A DNA stretch of 64,000 nucleotides from Octopus sinensis (Eukaryota). The DNA is taken from the NCBI RefSeq assembly GCF_006345805.1, contig NC_043014.1, positions 31,744,001 through 31,808,000 on the forward strand. Direction: 5' to 3'. Shown in pieces: positions 38,555-51,398 of this stretch (the stretch's first letter is position 1; each line of letters begins with the position of its first letter). Both the position numbers and the translations under genes were made by a program. The notes beneath the pieces are model-generated. The model was given only the letters and a program-made list of their open reading frames with translations, made no database searches and was not told the DNA's origin.

Positions 38555-38599
<45 letters not shown>

Positions 38600-38616
38600 A
38601 TATATATACATACACA

Positions 38617-38910
38617 CTTAGTTGTTAGGGTATTTGGCTCATAATCATAAGGTCATGAGTTCAATTCCCAGCGACGCATTGTGTCCTTGAGCAAGACACT
38701 TTATTTTGCTTTGCTCCAGTCCACTCACCTACCAAAAATGAGTAGCATCTGTATTTCAAAGGACAGCCTTGTCACACTTTGTCTCACACTGAATCTCCCT
38801 GAGAACTACATTAAGAGTACCTGTGTCTGTGAGTGCTCAGCCACTTGTACATTAATTTCATGAGTAAGTTGCTCTATTGATCATATCAGCTGGGACCCTC
38901 ATCATAATAC
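38617..38910 (+). mobile_element. Family C SINE
   Basis: Homologous to 5247-5565. Confidence 0.8.
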
Positions 38911-39689
38911 CTGAAGGAGTGTTCCTATATATGTATATATATACATATATATATACATATATATATACACACACTTATATATGTATGTGTATATATATAT
39001 GTATATGTATGTATATGTATGTTTATAAATATATATATTCATATATATGTATATGCGGATGCATATATATATAAATACATAAATATGTCTATATGTGTGT
39101 ATATAAATATATATGCATACACAGATATATCTATATATCTACACATATATATACATATACATATACATATATTTTAGTGTAAATATATATATATATGTGT
39201 GTGTGTACAAATATGTATATACATCATAATCATCATCCTCTTCATCAGTGGTTTTCCCATGCTTGCAGGGATGCACGAGTAGAATAAAATTAATTTTGGC
39301 TGATTTCCTATAGTCTGATTTTCTTCCTTTCTGCAACCTTTAAGTGTTTCTTAGTAAAGCAATATTTTTCTTACTCCCTCAATATAAAGAACAGCACAAT
39401 GATTGAGCATGTTTCCATGGAATATTGTGAATGAATTTCATTGCTCATGTGACAACAATGTCGATTTACATTTAGTGCATGATGTCAAGACAAGGAAACA
39501 AGAACACACACGTACATCCATTCTCATATATACATGCAAATATGAGGGTAGCGGGGGAAAAGTCCATTGGCTGACTATGAAGGTGAGAGGCAAGCACTGT
39601 GAAGTCTTGCATGCATTGATTACGACCGTTCTTATTAATAACCCTTAACCATACGGTTGGGAAACAAGCTTCTTACTACACAGCCACAC

Positions 39690-39723
<34 letters not shown>

Positions 39724-39804
39724 TCATCATCATCATCATCATCATATATATATATATATATATATACATACACACAAACACAAACACACACACACACACA
39801 CACA

Positions 39805-40230
39805 TTCTTTTATTCTTTTATCCCTTTACTTGTTTCAGTCATATGACCGTTGTCATGCTGGAGCACTGCCTTGAAGGGTTTAGTCTAAGAAATTAATCCC
39901 AGGACTATTATTTTAAGACTAGTACTTATTCTGTCAGTCTCCTTTGCTGAGCCACTAAGTTATGGTGACTTAAACACACCAATGCCGGTTGTCAGGTGGT
40001 GATGCGGAGAGGGGACAAACACAGGCACAAAGGCACACACACATAGAGATATGTACATATGTATATATAATGAGCTTCTTTCCATTTCTGCCTACCAAAT
40101 CCACTCAAAAGGCTTTGGTCAGCCCGAGGCTATAGTAAAAGACATTTGTCCAGTGTATCATACAGTGGGACTGAACCCGGAACCATGTGCTTGGGGAGCA
40201 AGCTTCTTACTACACAGCCATGCCTGTACC
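39805..40230 (-). mobile_element. Family A SINE
   Basis: Same head and tail as 20161-20590. Confidence 0.85.
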
Positions 40231-40233
40231 TAA

Positions 40234-40298
<65 letters not shown>

Positions 40299-41802
40299 TG
40301 TGTATGTGTGCGTGTGTGTGTGTGTGTCTTTGCATTTGTGTTTGTACCCCACCACTGCTTGACAGCTGGTGTTGGCTTGTTTACATCCTTATAACTTAGC
40401 AGTTTGGCTAAAGAAACTGATAGAATAAGTACCTGGCTTAAAAAAACAAAACATAATTAAGTACTAGGGTTAATTCATTCCACTAAAACTTCTTCTTATT
40501 TGACTGAAACAAATAAAAAAATTAAAGATAAAAGATATTTTTTTCTGTCATCTAGTGTAAAAGTTTTTCTAAGTTGTTCAGGAATGTAAATGGTATATGT
40601 ATGATAAAAGTTTTGGGGCCACAGATATACACTGATATCCAGATAAGAGTGGATTCAATTTTTAAAACCAAATGGTGAAAGCTATGGATATGTTTTGGTT
40701 TCATTAGAGTTCTTCAACATTGCACTGTCTAGTCAGCTGGCAAAGCTACCAGTGATCAATATATATAGAGAAACAGAAATAATTCCTGATCATGGCTATC
40801 TACAATGTGCTTAAAGGAAAATACCTGAGGGCAGTGTTCTGTATATTAAATGTACATAAAGAAGGGTTTTACGTATGTAATATAATGAGTTGAATATACA
40901 TACATCTATATATATACACATACAACTATATATATGGCATACAGTTATGTGTCTCTGTGAGTGTTTATGAGTGTGGATATGTGTGTGTCTGTGTATGCAT
41001 GCATGTACATAGATAGATAGACCAACCAGTAGAAATGTATGTAAGGTGTTAAATGGCCTTGCACAGCATTGGGTCTTATTGAGTATAATCATCTTATGAT
41101 GGTTGTGAGATGACACTGATGGTTGTAGTGGATAGAATATTAAAAGAGGGGCTGGGGCATGTATAAGAGTGGGAAGAAGGTAGACTGTTTGGAAAAAAAA
41201 GCTGCCATTCTAGGTATGAGTGTGTGTATATTTGTGTGTACAGGGGCAGAAGGGCAACAGTAGAATATTTTCATTATGTTTGACATGAAATCTAATAACA
41301 TTTGGAAGGAAAAAGATATCTGTAAAGATTATGTATATATAAAATTAGCATATGCACACACATATGTATGCTTACTTGTACATTCATATATATAATACTA
41401 ATAGAACACTCCTCCCATGTGACGAGTGGTACGTGCTAGTCATTACAAATACTGTGATGTAGGAAGTCAAGCAGTCGAAAATTGGTGAAGTCGGTCATAG
41501 AAAGTCATGTATTTACTTGTCTAACTATCTATACTGCTATACTGGGGTGGACGTTATAACAGTTTGATGATGGATTACAACAATGATGACAAGGAATTAA
41601 GAAACTTGTGAGGAATTAACATACTCACAAAGAGTTATGAAACTCACAAAAATCTTTTGTGAAAATTTTACTTTAACAAATCTTTATCTTGTAACTCAAG
41701 TTAACCATATGGAGGTCATTTCATTGGACAGAACTGCTGCCAACAACACTGGAATGTCTTTGATTATAGATATGCTCAATCTGAGCAAACTTTGGGCTAG
41801 AT

Positions 41803-42189
41803 CAGTGGTTCTCAACCAGAGTCCATATGGTCCTTGGGGTCTATATAAGATTTTGATATTAAAATTTATGAGCAACAAATTGCTTAAATTCTACAATATA
41901 CAAAATATATGGCTGGTCTATGGGGTTATCCAGGATTTCACGTCCATAAAGCGCTTAGCTTTACAGCTTTTCTTCAAACCCTAAACCCATTGGCCTATGA
42001 CCTATCTAGAAAATGGCAGAGGAAAAGGCATCATTACTATGTCAACTACAAGGGATTATCTCCCTTTGACTGTTACCCATAATTAACATAATATATAAAA
42101 ATTTCAAACTTTCAAATGGTTATGGGGATCCAGGAGAGTGAAATAGGAATCAAAGGAGTCTATAGGCAAAAAATGGATGAGAACCACTG
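41803..42189. mobile_element. hAT (Charlie-like) MITE
   Basis: TIRs CAGTGGTTCTCAACC / GATGAGAACCACTG. Degenerate 8-bp TSD GGCTAGAT / GTCTAAAT resembles NTCTAGAN. Confidence 0.8.
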
Positions 42190-43083
42190 GTCTAAATAGC
42201 GAGTACCTCTGCAAGAAAAGTGACTAATTGCTAAAAGTTGTCAATTGAAGAAAAGAAACCATTATCAGTGAAGAAAGACATTTGCCATTTAGCACAGATT
42301 TCAGTAAATAATGGAAAAATATAAGATGGCTGTTTGACTGAGAAAGATTGTTTCTCTAACAATTATTCCTCTCTTCCAGCTATTCACAGGCATCAGTTTT
42401 GCTCTATATGATATTTTATTGTCTTGTTGGGACACGATATTTCATTATACAACCATGATATACTATAAAGTATATTAAAGGTTTTTTTTTTGTAAGCCAA
42501 TACCTTGTTCTAAGTGATGATATTTTATAGCCATGGTCAAAACATCTCCCTATGGATCCTGCCAGGAACCAGCAAAATCTTACCAACAATTGTCACAGCT
42601 TTGGTGAAGATTTATGGCCGGAGGTGGAGAAAGATCACCATTATCTATGATGTAAAGTTAAGCAGCATTCCGTTACCACCCTTATAAAAAAGAGGTGAAC
42701 AAAGTTATTGTTGCTGATTTTGTTTAATCTCAGGTCAGTTCTGATCAAGCAGGCCTATAATCAAATCATTCCAGCCATGACCATTACGTCGTATTTTCAA
42801 GGATATATTATCCAATGTTGAGTGGTCACACTCAGTCTCCTTTGTTGGTCAAATGCTACAATGTTTAGTTTCACTGAGAGTCAAACTGATTAGTTTGACT
42901 CCATCATCTGTTGGCTCAGTACTATAACATGAAGCGGAGTACTATAACATGAAGTGGAGGCGCACTGGCCCAGTGGTTAGGGCCGCAGACTCGCAGTTGT
43001 AAGAATGCAATTTTGATTCTCAGACTGGGCATTGTGAATGTTTATTGAGCAAAAACACCTAAGCTCCACGAGGAGTTTGTTAC

Positions 43084-43118
<35 letters not shown>

Positions 43119-43619
43119 GATGGGTTTCTTTCAGTTTCCATCTACCAAATCCACTCACCAGGCTTTGGTCAGCCCAAGGCTGTAGTAGAAGACATTTACC
43201 CAAGGTGCAACACAGTGGGACTGAACCTGGAACAACATAATTGAACAAGCAAGCTCCTTACCACACAGCCATGCCTGGAGTCAATTTACAATTGTGACGC
43301 CTACATCTAACCCTAGCAGACTCTTGCAAGCCGTTTATTGTTAGAGGAACATACAAAAGCCTATATTCAAATCTGAAAAATATCCAACTAATGTTATGTC
43401 TAATACTCTCTGTTAAGTACACTGGTAGCATTGAATTTTACTCTATCTGACAGATATTTATTGATCTGATTTATCCAGAACCAATCTCATCACTTTTTTC
43501 TTTTTTGACCTGCCTACTTCCTTTCTAGCAATGGTGTTTCACTTATTTACTTTATTATCGCAGCTGGGTTGGGGTATATAAATAACCAAGAGAAACCTAG
43601 TGGATGGCGGTGGGGATGG

Positions 43620-43624
43620 AGAAT

Positions 43625-43655
<31 letters not shown>

Positions 43656-43681
43656 CACCTCCACCATCGCCGTTGCTGCTG

Positions 43682-43754
<73 letters not shown>

Positions 43755-43930
43755 AAATGCTGCAACTGCTGCTGCTGCTGCTACCATCCCCACTGCCGTT
43801 GCCACCACCAGAACTACTATGATCATCACAACGACGACGACAACCACCACCATCTCCTCCATCACCACCAGCCATACCTGCAATAACATCACCACCATCA
43901 CCATTTCTATCTTCTTCACCACTACCACCA
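43620..43930. repeat. Compound trinucleotide tract (TAC)n(CAC)n(TGC)n
   Basis: Read directly. Confidence 0.9.
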
Positions 43931-45083
43931 TTGAAGAATAGGATTCTAAAATTATGGAATGTCTTATTTTCTTTTTCCTTTATTTTCAATCAAGGAATAT
44001 GATTCAGGATATCAACCATTGGAATCAGCGATAAGGAAGACTTCCTTGACCCTATTTAATAAATACAGATACATCACCAGACCTAGTGGCGAGAGACTGT
44101 ATTGTGATGGTGAGCTCTTGGCCAAGAGAAAGTCATTGAAACTCACTTCCAGCAGGTTTGAACTTAGTTCTTCCAAAAGTTCTTATATATAATTGCTTAG
44201 TCCACATTATTCCTTAAGGGGCTTAGGTCTGGTTTTCTGGTTTCTCTGGAATATATATTCCCCCTGGGATGGGACACTTGTCTGATGCAGGATTACTCAT
44301 TTTTGCCATCTGAGTGGACTGGAGCAACATGAAATGAAGTGTTTTGCTCAAGAACACAATGTGTTGCCCGATCCAGGAATCAAAACCACCATCTTACATT
44401 TATGAGTTTAGCACCCTAACCACTAATTCATGCACCTCCAGTGTTTATCCATATAATTAATTATTTGTAATTAACAAATTTTTTTCATTTTTCTTACCTT
44501 GAATACAAAATCATCTTATTCTCATTGCAGATCTTTCTGCTTTCACTTCAGTACATTTCACTTACTCTCAGAATACTCAGTTGGTAATATTCGAATTAAA
44601 AAAGTAACTGGATTAATGCTCCACAATCATACCAAATCTGAATGTTCCAGGTGACAATTTGAGTTCTAAGAACTGAACACTTCATCAGAGGCCTGGCAAC
44701 CTTTAAACTTTGCTCTAGACCCATCATAATTTGAGGTGGAAATAAAATTATTCTGTCTGTATCAGCCTGAGATGGTGCTCAGCACTGAGAATTGTCAAAG
44801 TATGCAGAGGTGAAAATGTAGGCTCAGACCATCATGTTCTTCAGGCAGGCTACAATTGAATCTGAAAAAAAAAAAAGGTAACAATGAAAGAAATAGAGAG
44901 ACCGTTTGCAGCAGGAAGACTGAAGGAGGTACCAATGCTGAAGAGTTTTCCCCTAGAAGTCACCAACACAGTTTTTTCTTTTAATATGTCATTGGCATGC
45001 CTGTGCAGGCACAGGCATGGCTGTCTAGGTGCAGGTATAGTCATGCAGGTGCATGTGTGGTTGTGCGGTAAGAAGCTTGCTTC

Positions 45084-45314
45084 AAGGCAGCGAGCTGGCA
45101 GAATCGTTAGCACGCTGGGTGAAATACTTTGTGGTATTTCGTCTGCTGCTGCATTCTGAGTTCAAATTCCGCGAAGGCCGACTTTGCCTGTCATCCTTTC
45201 GGGGTCGATAAATTAAGTATCAGTTATGCCCTAGAGTCGATGTAATCGACTTAATCCCTTTGTCTGTCCTTGTTTGTCCCCTATATGTTTAGCCCCTTGT
45301 GGGCAATAAAGAAA
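45084..45314 (+). mobile_element. Full-length family B SINE inserted in the head of a family A SINE
   Basis: 15-bp TSD TAAGAAGCTTGCTTC (45069-45083 and 45315-45329). Confidence 0.92.
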
Positions 45315-45802
45315 TAAGAAGCTTGCTTCCAAACCACATGGTTCTTCGTTCAGTGTCCCACTGCATGGTACCTTGGGCAAGTGTTTTCTAGTATAGCCTC
45401 AGGCCAACCAAAGCCTTGTGAACGGATTTGGTAGACAGAAACTGAATGAAGCAATTTTAGTCAATGACCAATATTGTTTTTCCACCACTGAGTAGTACTG
45501 GACATCTGTTAATATTTAGTTACATTAAGGTGAAATGGTAAGCCTGCTGGACAAAATGCTCAGTGGCATTTCATCTCTCTTTATGTTCTGAGTTCAGATT
45601 CTGCCAAGGTCAACTTTATTTCTCAGCCTTTTGGTACCAGGTGAATACTGGGGGATCAATGTAATTGACTTACCCCCTCCCCTGAAGATGCTGGCCTTCG
45701 ACCAAATTTTGAAACAAGTATTTAGTTACATTAAGATGGAAAGCAGGTAGGATTGTTCGCATGCCAGGCAAAATGCTTAGTGGTGTTACACCTGTCTTTA
45801 CA

Positions 45803-47057
45803 TTCTGAGTTCAAATTCGACCAAGGTTGACTTTGCCTCCTGAGTTTAAATTCCACCGAGGTTGACTTTGCCTTCTGAGTTTAAATTCCACCAAGGTTGA
45901 CTTTGCCTTCTGAGTTTAAATTCCACGAGGTTGACTTTGCCTTCTGAGTTTAAATTCCACCAAGGTTGACTTTGCCTTCTGAGTTTAAATTCCACCAAGG
46001 TTGACTTTGCCTTCTGAGTTTAAATTCCACCAAGGTTGACTTTGCCTTCTGAGTTTAAATTCCACAAAGGTTGACTTTGCCTTCTGAGTTTAAATTCCAC
46101 AAAGTTGACTTTGCCTTCTGAGTTTAAATTCCACCAAGGTTGACTTTGCCTTCTGAGTTTAAATTCCACCAGGTTGACTTTGCCTTCTGAGTTTAAATTC
46201 CACCAGGTTGACTTTGCCTTCTGAGTTTAAATTCCACAAAGGTTGACTTTGCCTTCTGAGTTTAAATTCGACCAAGGTTGACTTTGCCTTCTGAGTTTAA
46301 ATTCCACCAAGGTTGACTTTGCCTTCTGAGTTTAAATTCCACAAAGGTTGACTTTGCCTTCTGAGTTTAAATTCCACAAAGGTTGACTTTGCCTTCTGAG
46401 TTTAAATTCCACAAAGGTTGACTTTGCCTTCTGAGTTTAAATTCCACCAAGGTTGACTTTGCCTTCTGAGTTTAAATTCCACCAAGGTTGACTTTGCCTT
46501 CTGAGTTTAAATTCCACCAAGGTTGACTTTGCCTTCTGAGTTCAAATTCGACCAAGGTTGACTTTGCCTTCTGAGTTTAAATTCCACAAAGGTTGACTTT
46601 GCCTTCTGAGTTTAAATTCCACCGAGGTTGACTTTGCCTTCTGAGTTTAAATTCCACCAAGGTTGACTTTGCCTTCTGAGTTTAAATTCCACCAAGGTTG
46701 ACTTTGCCTTCTGAGTTCAAATTCGACCAAGGTTGACTTTGCCTCCTGAGTTTAAATTCCACCGAGGTTGACTTTGCCTTCTGAGTTTAAATTCCACAAG
46801 GTTGACTTTGCCTTCTGAGTTTAAATTCCACCGAGGTTGACTTTGCCTTCTGAGTTTAAATTCCACAAAGGTTGACTTTGCCTTCTGAGTTTAAATTCCA
46901 CAAAGGTTGACTTTGCCTTCTGAGTTTAAATTCCACCGAGGTTGACTTTGCCTTCTGAGTTTAAATTCCACCAAGGTTGACTTTGCCTTCTGAGTTTAAA
47001 TTCCACCAAGGTTGACTTTGCCTTCTGAGTTTAAATTCCACAAAGGTTGACTTTGCC
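45803..47057 (+). repeat. Minisatellite of 36 x 35 bp inside a family B SINE
   Basis: Unit TTCTGAGTTTAAATTCCACCAAGGTTGACTTTGCC. SINE head lies at about 45745-45802 and the SINE body resumes at 47058. Confidence 0.95.
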
Positions 47058-47329
47058 TTTCATCCTTTTGAAGTGAGATAAAATAAGTACCATTTAAGCA
47101 CTGGGCTCAATGTGCTTGCTGAACTTGCTGGCCTTGCACCAAAATATGAAACCAGTATTTAGTTACATTCCAAGTTGAAATCCTATGTAATGTAAATTGA
47201 CCTTGCATTTCCATTCCCTAGGATTGATAGAATAATTACCAGTGATTACTGAGATTCCTCCTCCTCCTCCTCGTCCTCCTCGTCCTCCACTCGTCCTCCT
47301 CCTCCTCCCCTCGTCCTCCTCCTCCCTTC

Positions 47330-47525
47330 CTCCTCCTCGAGTAGTACTTGCAACCGGAAGAGCTAGCCTTGTCACATTCTATGTCACACTGAATCTCCTT
47401 AAGAATTACATTAAATGTATGCATATCTGTGGAGCACTCAGCCACTTGCACATTAATCTTATGAGCAGGCTGTTCCATTGATGGGATCAGATGGAACCCT
47501 TATCGTCATAACTGATGGAGTGCTA
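47330..47525 (+). mobile_element. Family C SINE 3' part
   Basis: GCCTTGTCACATTC...GAATCTCC...GGAACCCT matches the tail of 5247-5565. Confidence 0.7.
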
Positions 47526-47656
47526 GTAGTAGTAGTAGTAACCAGGTAAACAGACGAATTCAAAGAAATTAGTGATGGGTTGTGTTAATAGGTATAAAAA
47601 ATTAAAAAGGGGAATGAATTAGTAACCCCATAAATGACCTTCACCAGACAAAAAAC

Positions 47657-47812
<156 letters not shown>

Positions 47813-48127
47813 TTAAAAGCAATGTAAAAATACATTACAAAGGATATATCATGAATAATTAAAAATTATGTATGAATATATCAATGGCCAAACATGTAAT
47901 AATAAATTACATAAAAGAAGTGTGTATATAATTATGAATAAATTGTGGATATTATATGTCATGTCGCTTGCAGACAGCTTTATTGTGATGAGATAAAATA
48001 TAAGTGATAATAGTTGTTTTATAGTGGTTTTTGACTGCTATTTCAAAACATGTAAGAGTTTTTGCAACCCTCTCCATTATAATTGTGATTTATTCATAAT
48101 ATAAACACTCTTCTTATATATATATAT

Positions 48128-48170
<43 letters not shown>

Positions 48171-48403
48171 CGGAGTTGTACTTGCATAGCAAGTGATCTG
48201 ATCTGAGATCGTGTGCTTGAACGAAAATAATTGCAGCATGGAAGGTGTTTATAAGCCATTTAAGAAACACACAAAAACTGTTAGATTCACTTAAACATTT
48301 AAATTTAATTTGTCAAAATATTTTCGTCGCTTTGAGACCCAGACCTGATAACTCACAAAATTTTGTGCTGCAAAATTCCGTGTTTATATATATATATATA
48401 TAT

Positions 48404-48924
48404 ATTACATGGAAAAATGCGAGCATGAAAAGTCATATTCTTAAGATAATAAACCTGTAAAAGTACAGGACAAGTTCTTACACCTGTAAAAGTACAGGAC
48501 AAGCTATTACTTCTAGTAAAGTAAAGAATAAGGAACTTTTTACCTAAAATATTGCAGCAATGAATGCCAGTTCTTCTAATTTATCACTCTTTACTGTTCT
48601 CATCTTTTAAATTTATTGTACAAAACTGTTCAGCTAATTTGTAAGTTTGTCTAATTAGTCACTTTTTTCTGTATTTAAAGTAGTAAATTAGCCAAATTCT
48701 ACTTAAATAAGTATAATGTTATTTGTAAACTATAATAAAATAAGTTTTAGTATTCAAATCTTAATTTTAGCTGCAATATTTTAAGTGAACAGTTTCTTAT
48801 TCTTTACTTTACTAGAAGTAATAGCTTGTCCTTTACTTTTACAGGTGTAATAACTTGTCCTGTACTTTTCCAGGTTTATAATCTTAAGAATATGACTTTT
48901 TATGCTCACATCTTTCCATGTAAT
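48404..48924. mobile_element. Long-TIR (about 150 bp) MITE/foldback element
   Basis: ATTACATGGAAAAATG...ATATTGCAGC / GCTGCAATAT...CATCTTTCCATGTAAT. Each arm carries two copies of ACCTGTAAAAGTACAGGACAAG. Confidence 0.88.
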
Positions 48925-49646
48925 CCATGATTTTTCCAGGCATTGCTGTTATAAGATAATTAATAATGTGTCAATTGATAATTTAAGATTTTACCTTATA
49001 AAATACTGAAAGATAATATTTCAATTTTTCCATGTAAGTGATGATAATATTTCAATTTTTTTCATGCTTAATTTAAATATATGTTGTGATTGAATTATTT
49101 GATATTACCCATCCACACCAAATAAATGGCAAGGATTTTTATCATGTTGATGGTTGCACCATGGCTCACCAAAAGTTACAAAGAACAAGACCCCAACACC
49201 ATCAGTTACCAGGCTCACCTTAAGTAACCTAATTTTGCAATATCAGGAGGTCACAAGAATTCATTCAACGTAAAAGAATTTCCATTCCCAACCAAAATAA
49301 AGGATTTGCAGAATATCAGGAGGTCAGGGTACTTGATTCCATGGAAAAAAAATCAAATTTTTTTTTGTATTAGTGAAAATCATGTGGGTGTTAATAGAAA
49401 TTGATCATAATGTTGTTATTCAGCCTCAAATAAACCCTGATACTGCAAACGTATCATCAAAGACATTCCAGCCTTCAGTAAACCATCTTTTTAGGGGTAA
49501 TCTAGGGCATTACATACAATGGGTGTGTGATTTAGGTAGGAGGATACTTTGGCTGCTATTTTTAGCATGTAGAGCGACCAGGAAGAGGCTCTTTCATTGG
49601 TTCGATTGCATGACGAGATCTTTTTACACATATACGTAATATGTAT

Positions 49647-49885
49647 ATATATCTCTTTCTTTATTGCCCACAGGGGGCTAAACATAGAGGGGACAAACAA
49701 GGACAGACAAAGGGATTAAGTCAATTATATCGAACCAGTGCATAACTGGTACTTATTTAATCGACCCCGAAAGGATGAAAGGCAAAGTCGACCTTGGCGG
49801 CATTTGAACTCAGAACGTTAATTGCAGACAAAATGCTGCTAATCATTTTGCTGGGCATGCTAACGTTTCTGCCAGCTCACTGCCT
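49647..49885 (-). mobile_element. Full-length family B SINE
   Basis: Flanked by a (T)GTATATATATC duplication. Confidence 0.88.
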
Positions 49886-49993
49886 TTGTATATATATCAT
49901 CGGCAGAAGTTAGAGAGTAAGACAAAAACTGAGTATTGGCACTTATCAAACATGAATTTGTCCATTGTCACTCTGTAACTTCTGATGAGATCA

Positions 49994-50290
49994 CTTCTAA
50001 AATACAAAATTTTGTCAAAAACGTTAAGAGATAACGCTGTTGTATGTGATGCATTCTACCAGTATCGGAAGATTGAAAGGGTTTAGTTAAAAAAAAATTA
50101 ATTAAATAATCTGTATGTCTAATTGAATAGATCTGAAATGGATGAAAGGCAAAGACAAATGAAATACTGCTTCTAAAATACAAAATTTTGTCAAAAATGT
50201 TAAGAATAAACCCTGTTCTATGTAACATATTCTACCAGTATCGGAAGTCTGAAAGTGTTTAGTTAAAAAAGATAAATTAAATAATCTGTA
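49994..50290. repeat. ~120-bp direct repeat, period 176 bp
   Basis: CTTCTAAAATACAAAATTTTGTCAAAAA...TTAAATAATCTGTA at 49994 and 50170. Confidence 0.85.
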
Positions 50291-50939
50291 CATCAAAGTC
50301 GACCTTGGCGAAATTTGAACTCAAAAAACGTAAAGACAGACAAAATACCTTTAAGCATTTCAACCTTGCACAAAAATGCTTCTGCCAGCTCGCCACCTTA
50401 CAGAGTAAGCATTCATTTTAGAAATATATTCTTTGTTCTTATTGCTGAAGTGCTATTCCCTTGCTTCCTTACTTACTGACATGAAATTTCATAACATTTT
50501 ACCTCATAACTCTTTTTCTACTAAATTTTGTTCAATGTCACTAGCGATTCTGAATTCCTCATGCAATTTTCTATCATTTAAGCCTAAGAAAAAGGTATAC
50601 TTTTAATTTAGAATTTTAAAAATTATGTTAATTGAAGGTGAATATCTGCCTTACTGCCCTCCTTGAGGTCACAGATATATTGATGTAACTTTTTTTCTAC
50701 TGAACCAAATCTCAAACTATTTATGCCAAAGTGTAGCTGAGGAGGTTTCCTCTTTAAAAACTGTTAACAGTTTGCAATTTAGTTGAGAACTGAATAAGTA
50801 GTAAAGCTTGGAAGCTGCTGCAATTGATGAAATAGCAGAGTTAAGAATATATTTAATCACTACTGTGGTTGAATGATATATATGTATGAGTGGACAAACA
50901 AAAGAAAGGGTATTCAACACATTTATTGGGAGTTACATG

Positions 50940-51089
50940 TATTATTCAAAACAGATTCAGATTCCATGCTACTTTATGTTTCAAGGGCCCTAACAGAGTC
51001 TTTCTCATCAGGCTGGTAATAATCCAGATTATTACCAGCCTGACAAGAAGAAACTTGAAGTAGCATGGAATCTGAATCAAACTGCTTTG

Positions 51090-51095
<6 letters not shown>
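50940..51095. repeat. Palindromic element with hammerhead-like motifs
   Basis: Perfect 17-bp central IR (51008-51024 / 51027-51043) and outer IR ATTCAGATTCCATGCTACTT / AAGTAGCATGGAATCTGAAT. Confidence 0.85.
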
Positions 51096-51131
<36 letters not shown>

Positions 51132-51171
51132 TATATATATGTATGTATATATGTATATATATATATAATAT

Positions 51172-51229
<58 letters not shown>

Positions 51230-51354
51230 GTATATATATATATATATCTCGAAACGTCATACCCTCCTTCTTCCATTTTCCTGAGCGTCTAATAATAATA
51301 ATACTGTAATTGTTCCACGTGTTGTTGTTTTTTCTGTTTTCCCGTTTGGATTAA

Positions 51355-51398
<44 letters not shown>

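Noticed and set aside
43959-44192. 77-aa ORF as a host exon
   Set aside because: No recognisable homology and no supporting partner exons.
45803-47057. CRISPR-like array
   Set aside because: Units are contiguous with no unique spacers, derive from a SINE, and have no cas genes nearby. The context is eukaryotic.
48025-48060. GAAAUAGCAGUC hammerhead-like 3' half
   Set aside because: No CUGANGA partner. It resembles the GCTGCTATTTCTAG repeat motif seen near 61315 instead.
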